From a virus (lineage: Duplodnaviria > Caudoviricetes), in IMG/VR virus record IMGVR_UViG_3300046812_000237, positions 1 to 60,051 of that record: a stretch of 60,051 nucleotides of DNA, one strand, 5' to 3'. This document shows positions 20,004 through 29,984 of the stretch, piece after piece. Position 1 is the first letter of the stretch, and every line of letters starts with the position of its first letter. A model generated the notes under the pieces. It was not told where the DNA came from. It did no database searches and saw only the letters and a list, made by a program, of their open reading frames with translations. Made by a program: the position numbers and the translations under genes.

Positions 20004-20591
20004 TTAAGCTCCCGACCCGAACAGGTCTTCCCTGCGGTTCATCCAGTCGCGGCGCGTCAGATACGTTGCCACCGAGCCGCACGGCTTGCCGCGGTAGGCG
20101 GCGAAATTAGGAATGGTGCCCAGACGCACGAAACCCATGTGCTCGACAAAGCGGAGCGCGCGATCGTTCAGTTCCGGCGTCACGCCGGCGACCACGTCAA
20201 GGTGCTGAAACCAGGCGTCCAGAATCACGGCACCGACGCGCGCGGAATCGTCACCTCCCCAGTAAGCCTTGAACAGGAGGAAATTGCCGAGCGCGCGCTT
20301 GACCGTGTCGGTCACGCGAATGTCGGTCAGCATAGCGAGAGCGGCGATGTCTTTGATCTGTTCGCCGTCCATCAGGCACACGGCATGTACCTGCTCGGTG
20401 GCCTCGGAGAGCACACGCACGAATTGCCCGAAGGTAAGCTCCGGGAAGTCGTGGAAGAACATCTCAAACGTGCCCTCGTCCTTCATCTGCCGGTAGAGCA
20501 ACGGGAGGATGACCTCGCCGTTGTCGATGAGGTCGGCGCGCGCCGGCATCAACTTGAAAATCTTGGTGGGAGCTTCAGACGCTAGTGGCAC
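20004..20591 (-). CDS. GNAT-fold protein in the podovirus tail/ejection module
   Basis: VAGVTPELNDRALRFVEHMGFVRLGTIPN. Confidence 0.65.
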   Translation of the reverse strand: MPLASEAPTKIFKLMPARADLIDNGEVILPLLYRQMKDEGTFEMFFHDFPELTFGQFVRVLSEATEQVHAVCLMDGEQIKDIAALAMLTDIRVTDTVKRALGNFLLFKAYWGGDDSARVGAVILDAWFQHLDVVAGVTPELNDRALRFVEHMGFVRLGTIPNFAAYRGKPCGSVATYLTRRDWMNRREDLFGSGA

Positions 20592-20988
20592 TGGATGCCC
20601 TCTTTCCTGTCGCGAACCATCGAATCGTCCGTTCGGTCGGTGACGGCGTAACTCCATCGCTCTGCCAGACGAAAATGTCGATTCTTCCAACCTGCACGGG
20701 ATTCGGTCGCGCGCTCACGATGTCGGTCGACCCTCCGGCATCACCGCTGTCTATCGCCGGAATTACATTAGTCACACTCGCAAGCCCGGTTGCAATTCCA
20801 TTCGTTGAGCCGGTGACCTTGGTAACTCCCGATGCGAGCGCCGGTTGATCGGAAATTCCTGTTCCGACCACCGCTTGATCGTTCAACGTGTAGACCTGGT
20901 CGTAAATAGTCTTCATGTCGAGCGCGAGTTGCGAGTTGCCGGGATAGCTTCCGGGACGATAGCGTTGGGTGTCGTTGGCGGCGCTCAT
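20575..20988 (-). CDS. putative minor tail protein
   Basis: GGAG RBS, ATGA overlap, beta-rich C-terminus. Confidence 0.5.
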   Translation of the reverse strand: MSAANDTQRYRPGSYPGNSQLALDMKTIYDQVYTLNDQAVVGTGISDQPALASGVTKVTGSTNGIATGLASVTNVIPAIDSGDAGGSTDIVSARPNPVQVGRIDIFVWQSDGVTPSPTERTIRWFATGKRASSATSV

Positions 20989-23744
20989 GGAGTCTCCGCC
21001 CCAAATAAGGGACTCACGGCATAGCCTAGGTCCGTCACCCACTGTTTCGCGCGCAATTCGGACTCCGGCTGATAAATCCGGAAGTTCTGCGCGCTATCGA
21101 AGGTGAATCCGGCGAGCTTCTGCTTGTTGGCCAGAAACGAGAAATACAACTTTTTCTTCGCGCCGCTAGTGCTCGGCAGCGTGAAGGTCTGGACCGCTCC
21201 GACGTCTGGCGTGAACGTCAGCGTGACGTCGGCGTTCGAGCGCAGCGTGACGTAACCGTCGCGCACATGGAAAAAGCCTTCGAGGCTGAGAGAGTTGGGC
21301 GGTACTTCCCAGTGCTTCATCTCGGCAGGCTCGACGCGGTACAGGATGTCCATTTGATACAGCGTCGGCGCGATCGTGCCGCCGTCGGTCGACCACTGCA
21401 CGTCGAATGAAATATTGAGACCGTACAGTTCGAGGCCGGCCTGCGTGAGTCCGAGCGCGACCCGCTGCCGACCGTTGCCGGTCACGTGAATCGCCGCTTG
21501 CGATTGCGCGTCCGCGTTGATGTAGGGCGTGATGGTGACGGGATTGGCGACGGTCGCCGCGCCAGGGTCAATGTCGAAGATCACGTCGCCGTATTCCTTC
21601 AGGTTGAGTGGAGCGCCCTGGTCGCGCGCGCCGGTGCGGATGTGCACGGGGATGCTTGCGCCGTTGTCGTCAGTGGCGAGTTTGCCCTCGAAGACCGAGT
21701 TCTCGATGCCTCCGGTGAGTAGCCGCGAAACCGTGCCCTGCTCGGAGTAGTGCATTTGCGCTCTAGAGGTCGCGGCCTCGCCGCGGTAGTAGGCGCGGAA
21801 GCGATTCTTGCGCTCGTCGTAGATGATGGTCTGCCGAGTGCCGGAAGTCTTTCCGGTGTAGTCGAACCAAATTTCCGAGTTGTGACGCTCGAGGCGGAGA
21901 CCGTCCTCATCGTCCATGTTAATGGCTTCGTAACCGTTGGCATCCTTGCCAGGCGCGTCGTAGGTTGGAAACAGCGGACGAATGAAGTCGTCGGCGATCG
22001 ACTGCTCCGCTCCGCCAGCCGTGAGATACCAACCGTCTTTGGCGATGAAGTGGATACCCTTCTCGCCGACGCAGAAGCCCCACCGCCCTTTGAGGCCGCG
22101 CCGGCACTCGGTCTCCTGTGGGGTGAAGGTCTCGCCCTGAATGACGTTGAGCACGAGGGTATAGAGCCGCTCGCGCGAAAAGCAAAATGCTCTCAGATTC
22201 CATGAGAATACGGCCATAGCCTCGGTGCCAGGTTCCGCGACGATGACCCAATTCTGCGGCGGCCAGGCGTCGCCGAGGCCACGCTTGCTGAAGTAAACCG
22301 ACTCGGGCCGGCCTGGATCTCCCACGCCTAGGACGCGCTCATCGAATCCGCAAATCTGCTTGAGCGGTACATTCGTTGCCTGTACCGAACTGACGGGCAT
22401 GTCGTTGTCGAGGTCGAGGATCGGATTGGCTTCGATGCCGGCGTCGGGCGTGTCGTCGTTGAGTTCGAGGTATCCCGCGCCGCAGCCACCCTGTACAAGG
22501 TCGGCGACATTGAACTGTGCCACAAACCGATAGTTGTCAAAGAGCGTGCCGCCGAGGCGGTAGAGGCGAATGACTGTTTCCTGCGGGTCGACGGGAGGAG
22601 CAACGCAAATATTCGCGTCCTGATTTGTCAGGTTGAGACCGGACCCACCGCCCCCCGAGGGCTCTCCTAGTGTCGAGATTTCATAGATCCGCATGTTGTT
22701 GTTAACGCCGCCGGAGGACTCGCCGCATACACCGCGAACCTGTAACTGCGTGAGGTCGGTTCCCGGGGGAAGCGAGACGATGACATGCTGTAGTCCGGCG
22801 GGGGACAGTGTGAGAAAAGCCATGTTCCACGTAACGCCACCGTCGGTGCTGTAATCGACCTCCGTGCCCACGCCGATGACTGCACTGGGAACGTCAAGAA
22901 GCACATGCAGTTCGAGCGAGGTATAGGCGAAACTCGGAGCCGGCCATCCGTACCACGAGCAGCAAGGAACATTGTTTGGAGCCGAGAGACCTTCGGCGTA
23001 TGTCGCCGGGTTGTTATCAAAGGCGTTTGCTGGATTCGCCCACGGGCCATTCGGGCCGACCGTAAACGGTGCCGGATTGACGAAAGTAGAAGGTTGCAGC
23101 GTCTCAGCGGATGGTCCGGCGTCCGTGGAAGCAATCGACGGATTCGATTCGCTCAGGGTGACGGAGTTTACGTAGGTGTACTTCCAGAAGTAGCCCGTCC
23201 CAGTGATCCCGGCGCCTGTACCCACCGATGCGATCGGCTGGACCGTGGGAGCGGGAAGACCGAGTTGTTCATAATAGTTGGCCTTGAACTTCATCATCTT
23301 GTTTCCGTTGGCGATGATTACCCATGCTTGTGGGTCGGCATCGAAGCGAAAGGTAATCATCGACAGCGGCGTGCCGTCGAAGCCTACCGGGAAGGCGGGA
23401 AACGGCACACCGCCGACGGTGTAGTACAACAGTTGCACCGGCACATTGCCGGCAGGCAGAGGCGCCGTCCAGAGTTGCGAGAGGATCCCGAACATGCGCG
23501 CGCCGTTGATCCCCGGCACAATCTCGTTCAGGCGGAACAGGCTGTGCACCGGTGATGAGGTCACGCCGACGTCGCACACTTTGCTGAGACCGTCGCGCGT
23601 GTTGACCTCGCCCTCGATGCGCGACAGGGCGTTCGTGAAATAGCTGTACTGCCCCATCGGAATGAGGTCCGGTGGAAGGTTCAGTTGCAGGCCGGAGTCC
23701 GGGAACTTCGCGACGTCATGGGCATACGGGATTTGGTCAGGCAT
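20985..23744 (-). CDS. tail nozzle/stabilization protein with an inserted beta-sandwich domain
   Basis: 919 aa; YFWKYTYVN..ESNPS, IRLYR..Y, VYFSK..DAWP; position after adaptors. Confidence 0.65.
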   Translation of the reverse strand: MPDQIPYAHDVAKFPDSGLQLNLPPDLIPMGQYSYFTNALSRIEGEVNTRDGLSKVCDVGVTSSPVHSLFRLNEIVPGINGARMFGILSQLWTAPLPAGNVPVQLLYYTVGGVPFPAFPVGFDGTPLSMITFRFDADPQAWVIIANGNKMMKFKANYYEQLGLPAPTVQPIASVGTGAGITGTGYFWKYTYVNSVTLSESNPSIASTDAGPSAETLQPSTFVNPAPFTVGPNGPWANPANAFDNNPATYAEGLSAPNNVPCCSWYGWPAPSFAYTSLELHVLLDVPSAVIGVGTEVDYSTDGGVTWNMAFLTLSPAGLQHVIVSLPPGTDLTQLQVRGVCGESSGGVNNNMRIYEISTLGEPSGGGGSGLNLTNQDANICVAPPVDPQETVIRLYRLGGTLFDNYRFVAQFNVADLVQGGCGAGYLELNDDTPDAGIEANPILDLDNDMPVSSVQATNVPLKQICGFDERVLGVGDPGRPESVYFSKRGLGDAWPPQNWVIVAEPGTEAMAVFSWNLRAFCFSRERLYTLVLNVIQGETFTPQETECRRGLKGRWGFCVGEKGIHFIAKDGWYLTAGGAEQSIADDFIRPLFPTYDAPGKDANGYEAINMDDEDGLRLERHNSEIWFDYTGKTSGTRQTIIYDERKNRFRAYYRGEAATSRAQMHYSEQGTVSRLLTGGIENSVFEGKLATDDNGASIPVHIRTGARDQGAPLNLKEYGDVIFDIDPGAATVANPVTITPYINADAQSQAAIHVTGNGRQRVALGLTQAGLELYGLNISFDVQWSTDGGTIAPTLYQMDILYRVEPAEMKHWEVPPNSLSLEGFFHVRDGYVTLRSNADVTLTFTPDVGAVQTFTLPSTSGAKKKLYFSFLANKQKLAGFTFDSAQNFRIYQPESELRAKQWVTDLGYAVSPLFGAETP

Positions 23745-24417
23745 AGGCCACCCCGCTGGTCATAAACCGCGCCAATTCGACGCCTTCTTCATATCTTTCG
23801 CGACAGTATTGCGCGCGCTCGGGATCCGAGGCCTCGCCCTCTTTAGAAAACATCTCGCCAAGCACACCCCAGACGATATACGGAGTAAAGTCATCCGGGA
23901 TGGACAAGGCCACGCCCGAACCGTCAGCAGTAGCACCGAGCGGCGTGGTGGTGATCTCGGCCTCCCCGATGTCGTTGGGAATCGGTGTAACCCGAACCGT
24001 GAGCGAGGCTAGCAGGTTCAGGAGGTAGGCCGTCGGCACTTGCTGCGAGTCCGCCGACCAGGTTTCGTCGCTCTGATCCTCCTCGAAGGTGTCGGTGGCG
24101 TAGAGTTCGACGTAACCGGTGCCGGAGGGTCCGAAGCGCCAGGCGATGCGCCGCAGGTCGATCATGTCCTGTGGAAGGTCGTACTCTCCTTGTGTCGGAA
24201 CAGACGTGATGAACGAAATCGCCGACACGATGCCGGTGCGGTGCAGGAAGTCCCGCAGGATGTCATTGAGATATTGAAGCACTTGCGCCTGTGACCACAT
24301 CGAGGACCAGGTAACGCCAGCGTCGTCCGGTTCGAGTGTCGCCAGTTGCAGAAGCGATAGCACCTGTTGATCGGTGACCGACCAGGTCTGCGCGGGAATT
24401 GGCGGGTAATCGCTCAC
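23737..24417 (-). CDS. head-tail adaptor-like protein
   Basis: WS..QVLQYLND, EYDLPQD, TPIP, IPDDF..YIVWGVL..FSKEGE. Confidence 0.65.
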   Translation of the reverse strand: MSDYPPIPAQTWSVTDQQVLSLLQLATLEPDDAGVTWSSMWSQAQVLQYLNDILRDFLHRTGIVSAISFITSVPTQGEYDLPQDMIDLRRIAWRFGPSGTGYVELYATDTFEEDQSDETWSADSQQVPTAYLLNLLASLTVRVTPIPNDIGEAEITTTPLGATADGSGVALSIPDDFTPYIVWGVLGEMFSKEGEASDPERAQYCRERYEEGVELARFMTSGVAYA

Positions 24418-25118
24418 CGTGGGCCTACCGGACTACCCTGCTCTGGCGTTATCGCATTTAACATCCAGCGGATGCGCTTCAGTTGCTTGTCCTGCTCAAG
24501 GCCGATGATCCTCCGGTAAATGGCGGTACTTCGCAGCTTCTCGTTCCGCACCACGGCCGCTTTCATAAAGGCCTGCATCGCCGCTTTCGAGGCCCGGAAC
24601 TCCGCTCCGCCTACCTTCACCTGTAGCGTATGGGTGATGTAGTCAGCCAGGGCATTGAAGTCCTCGCGGCCTATGTTGATCTTGTCGCCACCAGCACTCA
24701 CGATCGGCGTGACCGAAACGCCCTTCACCACGAGCACGTCACCGCCGGCTGGCGGTATCGGATTGAGCGCGATGATGCCAAGTCCGACGGGCGCCCACAT
24801 GACCGGCGCCCCCCGGCTACTCATCCAATTCGGGTCTTGCTGGTCCCATTCGAAGACGCTGCCGGGATCGAGGATGATGCCGTTCAGTTCAATGCGCGCG
24901 CCGAACAGGAGATTCGAGCCGAGCGGGTAGTAGGGATGGTTCGCGACGGTCGAGAGCGTCTTGCTTCCGGACCAGAAGCCCGTCAGGCAGTTCCACGTCC
25001 GCAGCGCCGCGTTGGTGTACTGGGTAATCTCGTTGTCCGTCCAGAAGTTCGACGGGCCAAGATTGCCGCGTACAACCGCGATGAACTGCGAAAGCGAGAC
25101 TGAGTTGTACGCCGCCAT
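24414..25118 (-). CDS. head-tail adaptor-like protein
   Basis: FWTDNEITQYTNAAL, YYPL, LNPIP, ALADY. Confidence 0.6.
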   Translation of the reverse strand: MAAYNSVSLSQFIAVVRGNLGPSNFWTDNEITQYTNAALRTWNCLTGFWSGSKTLSTVANHPYYPLGSNLLFGARIELNGIILDPGSVFEWDQQDPNWMSSRGAPVMWAPVGLGIIALNPIPPAGGDVLVVKGVSVTPIVSAGGDKINIGREDFNALADYITHTLQVKVGGAEFRASKAAMQAFMKAAVVRNEKLRSTAIYRRIIGLEQDKQLKRIRWMLNAITPEQGSPVGPR

Positions 25119-27692
25119 TTAGTTCCCGACGCACTGGTAGCGGATGCTGTCGGTTCCCGTCCCGGTAATTGTGAAAGCGCTCCCCGACGACTGCACAATC
25201 TGCGTCGCCTGTGTAGCTGTCAGGTCCGCCGCCGTGCACGTGTAACTGGTATTCGAAGTGAACACCGCCGCCCCGGTCAGCGTCACGGCGCAGCTTGTGC
25301 CCAGTACGCAGCTATCGACTATCGCATGCGCGTTGGTGGCCTGGGTGCCGGAATGATTGTAAAGAATGGGACCGGCCGCGAGATTCGGGACTGGCGTGGT
25401 CGAGGTGATGTCGAGCGGCACCGTGCCCGTGGCGATCGTTATTTTTAACGGGATGGCGGTCTCCCATTGGTTGCTGGCGTTTTCCTTGAGGCATCCATCG
25501 GTGCCGGTGGGATTGGCCTCTGAGCAGATGATGTTTTCGCTGTTGCCGGCCCGGAGCAAGCCGTCGTCGGCCACGTCGGCCACCTGCGGGATAATCATGC
25601 GACTCTGCCCGTTGGTCTGGTCGGTGAGCACCCACTGCTGTGCGGCCGTCTTCCGCATCCGCCACTTGGTCGTGCCGCGGTCGCGCAAGGAGATGCCGAG
25701 GTCCTGCGATACGGTCAGGCCATCGTCGAGGGTAAACTCAAGGGTCGCGTCGAGGAAGTTGCGCGCGGTCGCGTTGCCGGTCTGCGAGACATCGAACACG
25801 TTATTGGTGCCCGTGGTGTCCCGCTGGTGGAATCCCGCGGAGTCGGCGTACCACCAGAGTACGGGCGAGGCGCTGCCAGAGTAGACCCGAAAGCCACCGG
25901 TGCCGCCGTTGGCGACGTTGTTGATCGCAAAGATACCCGTCCCGCGCGTGTAGACGTCCGTGCCGGCGCCCGTGGTAAGAACTTCCCGGGAGTCTCCGGT
26001 GTTCGAGTCGCGCAGCACGAAAGTGTTTGCGGCTGACTTTTCCCAGGCCCACTTGGCTGTGCCCTGGTCGAGCCAGCGGACCGAGCCAATCTGCGAGATC
26101 GACGTGCCGGTATCGCTGATGTCCACGTTCATGGTGGCGTTGGCGTAGTTCTTGATGAGGAACGGCTTGCGCCCGGTGTTGGGCGTGATGACCAGTTCGG
26201 TCGAGCGGTTACCCAAAGCGCCGCGCGCCCCGACCACGAGACCGTCATTCACGACCGCCGTGCCGCCGGTAGTGATGTAGGCGGGCAGCGCATCCTGAAA
26301 GCCGCCGTCTCCGGCCCAGGACCAGTCCGAAAGGTAAGTGCTCGAAGTCGCATAGGACTCGCTCGTGACTGTGTTCGAGACCGCCACGACGGTAGCGCCA
26401 GTCGTGCGGAGGCCCTTGATCTGCACGTTCTTGGTGAGTTGGACGCCGGTTTCGTCAATCTCGACCGCGGTTTCGCTCGCCCCGTTCATCTGAATCTCGC
26501 TGCCATGCAGGAGCACGTTGCCCCAGTTATTGATCTTGAGGCCGATGGCGCTGTCGACGCTCGCCTCCATGTAGGTCGAGATGTCGGTATCGCGGCAGCG
26601 CTGCGCCCCGCCAGAGTCTCCGGCAAGTTCGATGCTCGGCTGACCCGTTCCCGGGAAGTTGTAGACTCCGCCAAGGATCTGCCCGCCGAGCAGGGTGTGA
26701 CCGTCACAAGCGAAAACGAGCGGTCGTGCGCCGACCTGCGATCCCTCTACCCACACGTTGTCGAGCAGGAAGGGCCCGGAGATGCCGCTCGTCGACCCGA
26801 TGCGGACTCCGATCGTGTTCTTGAATTGCATGACCTTTACGTCCCGGAAAAGCGGCTGGTTCAGGACGCCGTCAATGTTAATCATGGCCGTGTGCACAGC
26901 GCCGAACAGGACTCCGTCGGCACCGTAGACGAGGAAATTGTCGAGCGCGAAATAGTCCTGTCCGGTCTCGCCGTTGCTGATGACCGAATCGACATCTGCC
27001 GTCGAGGAGACGATGATCGTGGCACCCCCGGTCGACCCGTTGGCCGACGTCGAGTTGCCCACGTTGAACCCGACAATGCCCCCGCCGTTATGGACCACGA
27101 TGCACGAGCCGGTGGGACTGTTCACGTTGCAGGTCAGAATCGTGTCCGGGTACATCTGCAGCGTCACGGGCTTGGTCGCGCTGCCAAGGTCGATCTGCGA
27201 GGTGAAGGTCTCGCGGTAGTGCTGCGGCGTGCAGACGATGCCCCCGGTACTCGGCAGCGCCGCCACCGCGGCCGCAATGTTCATGTAGGTCGAACCGTCG
27301 ACACAGAGGATGCCCGTGGAAGGTGGGACCGTCAGGAGGTCGATGTTGTTGACCGTGTACGGCGTCAGCGCGGGCGTGCCGCCGGACAGGCGCACGTCAT
27401 AGGAGTTGCCGGCCACACCGTAGAAGCGCCAGGTGCCGTTGGTCGCCGCGGCGAAAGGGTTAGCCTTTGCGCCACCGACGTTGTTCGTGTAGATGGTCGC
27501 GATGTTGGTCGTGCCAGCGTCGTACACCGTGACCGTGCAGCTCGCCGAAATAGCCTGATCCCCGGGCGCGCCAAGCTGGAAGCAAAAGCCGTAGTTGTCC
27601 CCGGGTATCGGGATATAGGTCTGCGCCCGCGCCGCACTGGCACCGAACGTCAGTGCCAGCACAGCGAGGACGCTAAAGAACAAGCGTCGCAT
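25119..27692 (-). CDS. tailspike/receptor-binding protein with N-terminal Sec signal peptide
   Basis: GGAGGAG RBS; MRRLFFSVLAVLALTFGASAARA|Q; virion-attachment-like TVYDAGTTNIATIY..NPF..NG.WRFY; beta-helix-like core. Confidence 0.75.
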   Translation of the reverse strand: MRRLFFSVLAVLALTFGASAARAQTYIPIPGDNYGFCFQLGAPGDQAISASCTVTVYDAGTTNIATIYTNNVGGAKANPFAAATNGTWRFYGVAGNSYDVRLSGGTPALTPYTVNNIDLLTVPPSTGILCVDGSTYMNIAAAVAALPSTGGIVCTPQHYRETFTSQIDLGSATKPVTLQMYPDTILTCNVNSPTGSCIVVHNGGGIVGFNVGNSTSANGSTGGATIIVSSTADVDSVISNGETGQDYFALDNFLVYGADGVLFGAVHTAMINIDGVLNQPLFRDVKVMQFKNTIGVRIGSTSGISGPFLLDNVWVEGSQVGARPLVFACDGHTLLGGQILGGVYNFPGTGQPSIELAGDSGGAQRCRDTDISTYMEASVDSAIGLKINNWGNVLLHGSEIQMNGASETAVEIDETGVQLTKNVQIKGLRTTGATVVAVSNTVTSESYATSSTYLSDWSWAGDGGFQDALPAYITTGGTAVVNDGLVVGARGALGNRSTELVITPNTGRKPFLIKNYANATMNVDISDTGTSISQIGSVRWLDQGTAKWAWEKSAANTFVLRDSNTGDSREVLTTGAGTDVYTRGTGIFAINNVANGGTGGFRVYSGSASPVLWWYADSAGFHQRDTTGTNNVFDVSQTGNATARNFLDATLEFTLDDGLTVSQDLGISLRDRGTTKWRMRKTAAQQWVLTDQTNGQSRMIIPQVADVADDGLLRAGNSENIICSEANPTGTDGCLKENASNQWETAIPLKITIATGTVPLDITSTTPVPNLAAGPILYNHSGTQATNAHAIVDSCVLGTSCAVTLTGAAVFTSNTSYTCTAADLTATQATQIVQSSGSAFTITGTGTDSIRYQCVGN

Positions 27693-27706
27693 GGGACTCC
27701 TCCGTC

Positions 27707-27901
27707 TTAGGCGCGCTTTGCGCCGCCGAGGTCGTCGTAGAAAGTGACCGTTTCGGTCTCGCCCGATTCCTTGTGCTCGGATCCAGGAATCTCGACCCCT
27801 CCGTGTACGACGCCAGCGCCGCCGCTGCGGTCGCCGGGATTGCCGCACAACTCATCGACCGGTCCCTCATAGAGCTTCTTGTCAGGCTTGTCGTATGCCA
27901 T
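27707..27901 (-). CDS. small acidic hypothetical protein
   Basis: GGAGG RBS, 64 aa. Confidence 0.55.
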   Translation of the reverse strand: MAYDKPDKKLYEGPVDELCGNPGDRSGGAGVVHGGVEIPGSEHKESGETETVTFYDDLGGAKRA

Positions 27902-27910
27902 TTTGCCCTC

Positions 27911-29137
27911 CTAGGCTAAGAAATCATGGTCCTGCTGAAAATCGGCGCCCGGCCATAGCGCGTTGGCGTAGGGCAGGCCGAGTTCGTACTCCACCAGCGT
28001 CGAGTACACTTCCTCGTCCTCGCGCATCATCTGCTGGATCTTGCCTTCGAACTTGGCTTCCCACTGCTTTGAGGCGTCCAGCGAATACATGGGGTTCTTC
28101 TGGTCCGGCAAGCCTTGCCAGCGGGCAATGTCCGCCAGACCTCCCCAGATCATCGTGTCGCCGTCGATGTACCGCGGCAGCGCCCAGTTGGGATCGTCGG
28201 TGTCCGGGAAGCGCTTGTCGTACAGGTACGGATAAACGCGCGCGCTCAGTTGATACGGCCAGAGTTCGAACATCGGCATCGCCGTCTTGTACCCGGGCGT
28301 CACCTGAATAACGAAGACGTCGTTGAGCACGTAAGTCCCCGCCGGGAACTGGATGTTCACGCCCTGGTCGAAGGGAATCGGCTGCGTGGACGTCGGAAAG
28401 TCGGTCGAGAATGAGCCGTTGTCTTTCTTCCACGCGAACGTCGAAGTGCCCACTACGCCCCCGGTGGTGATCTTGATGACGTAGGTGGACAGCGAATAGC
28501 CGGTGTAGAGACCCGAGGCGAACGGGCTCGGGCCTGCTCCAACGACCTGTACGCACGGCCCGACCGACCCGATGGGATTGGTGGTCGGATTGTAGGCGAG
28601 GTCAGCTAGGCAGTACGGCGTCCCGGAGTTGGCGCGCTGCGCGTCGATTGAGTCGATGTACTTCTGCGGCACGTGGGTCCGCAGCCGCCAGTTCATCGCC
28701 GTGTCCTTCACCGAGAGAAAGTCCTGAAAGTCGTTCGGGTTGGGCGTGATGTAGGCGGTGAGAATCTGATAGCCGACAGCGGCAGCGGATAGTCCGCCGT
28801 AGACCTCGTTGATCTCGAGTTGCGTCGCGCTGTTCACTGCGGCCACCGTGTAGATGGGTGCCACGGTGCCCACGCGGAACTGCCGACCGATGAGGTTCGC
28901 GTTCCACGCGGTCGCAGTGCCGTTGACGATATTCGACCCGCGCACGACGGTGATGGTTCCGGTCTTATAGACGTCTTCGGTGAGGAACTGCGACTGGCCA
29001 ATGCGCCACGACCAGAGCTTCCGGTAACGGATGTCCCGGAAGCGGTACTTCACGAAATTCTGAGCGAGGGCGATCGGGAGTACGGGGCAGTATAGTCTTA
29101 GCGAACGCCAAAGCTGCTGACTAGTTTCCTGCGCCAT
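27911..29137 (-). CDS. adaptor/neck-like virion protein with inserted beta domains
   Basis: GTITVVRGSNIVNGTATAW insert, ELWPY; position after capsid genes. Confidence 0.55.
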   Translation of the reverse strand: MAQETSQQLWRSLRLYCPVLPIALAQNFVKYRFRDIRYRKLWSWRIGQSQFLTEDVYKTGTITVVRGSNIVNGTATAWNANLIGRQFRVGTVAPIYTVAAVNSATQLEINEVYGGLSAAAVGYQILTAYITPNPNDFQDFLSVKDTAMNWRLRTHVPQKYIDSIDAQRANSGTPYCLADLAYNPTTNPIGSVGPCVQVVGAGPSPFASGLYTGYSLSTYVIKITTGGVVGTSTFAWKKDNGSFSTDFPTSTQPIPFDQGVNIQFPAGTYVLNDVFVIQVTPGYKTAMPMFELWPYQLSARVYPYLYDKRFPDTDDPNWALPRYIDGDTMIWGGLADIARWQGLPDQKNPMYSLDASKQWEAKFEGKIQQMMREDEEVYSTLVEYELGLPYANALWPGADFQQDHDFLA

Positions 29138-29161
29138 AACACTCGATCACCCTCGCTCGTC

Positions 29162-29416
29162 TTAGAGGAAATCTACTTCCACGTCCACCGCGGCCATCGC
29201 ACCGCCACCGGCGTATGTGAAAGTCGCGACGTTGGTGCTGATACTCGCGAACACGTTTGTCGTGCTCGGCGGGTTGCAGGTCACCCCGAATATTTTCGAG
29301 GCGCCCGGAATCGTAAAGGTGTCACCCGTGGCCGCAAGCGAGATGTTCGCCTTGCGACGGCGGATGTCACCGATGACGCTATCAGCGTAAAGCGTGTTGA
29401 CTGTAGCTTCGGCCAA
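29162..29416 (-). CDS. small virion protein
   Basis: TTG start with poly-G RBS, beta-rich. Confidence 0.5.
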   Translation of the reverse strand: MAEATVNTLYADSVIGDIRRRKANISLAATGDTFTIPGASKIFGVTCNPPSTTNVFASISTNVATFTYAGGGAMAAVDVEVDFL

Positions 29417-29429
29417 TGTGCACCCCCCC

Positions 29430-29945
29430 TTATGGGTTCTGCGCCATCGAACCTACGGACAGTTCGATCGCGGTAAATCCGGTAGAGGGTTCACCAGTGA
29501 ACACTCCGAGCACAACGTAGGTCGGCGCGGTCCCTGCCGGGATACCGATAACGTCGGAACTCGTGCCGGAGTTGGCGACAACGATCATGCCCTGGTTGGG
29601 CGCGCCCGCTGTCTTGATGGTGTTGTATCCGCGTCCGCCAATTTGCACGGCGCAGAAGTTGCCCGGGGTGACCGCAGCCGTGAACATTCCGCACGCGCCG
29701 TTGCGTCCCTGCGGAGCATCAGCGAGCTTGTTGGTCACGATGTAGTTCGAGCGGTCCTTCCAGAAAGCGACATCGCCTGCCGCCACGGAAGCCGGTCCGG
29801 AGTCGCACTTCACGACTTGCCAGACCTGTGCACCGAGAGTGCATCGCATACCAAGCTGGCCAGCCTGGTAGAGCGATGACACGTTCATCGCCGGGAGCTT
29901 TTGCGCCCCGACGTAGAGGGTATCCATGAATACGGAGTTAGGCAT
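29430..29945 (-). CDS. putative capsid decoration/cement protein
   Basis: Immediately downstream of the capsid gene; Gly/Ala/Val-rich. Confidence 0.55.
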   Translation of the reverse strand: MPNSVFMDTLYVGAQKLPAMNVSSLYQAGQLGMRCTLGAQVWQVVKCDSGPASVAAGDVAFWKDRSNYIVTNKLADAPQGRNGACGMFTAAVTPGNFCAVQIGGRGYNTIKTAGAPNQGMIVVANSGTSSDVIGIPAGTAPTYVVLGVFTGEPSTGFTAIELSVGSMAQNP

Positions 29946-29984
29946 TGTTTTTGTCCGCCGCGCGACTTCCGCAGCGATTCCCCC

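Noticed and set aside
27693-27848. Arg-rich N-terminal extension of the tailspike given in the ORF track
   Set aside because: It overlaps the 27707-27901 gene, and the strong RBS lies before ATG 27692. The same reasoning applies to the 37484 start versus 37115.
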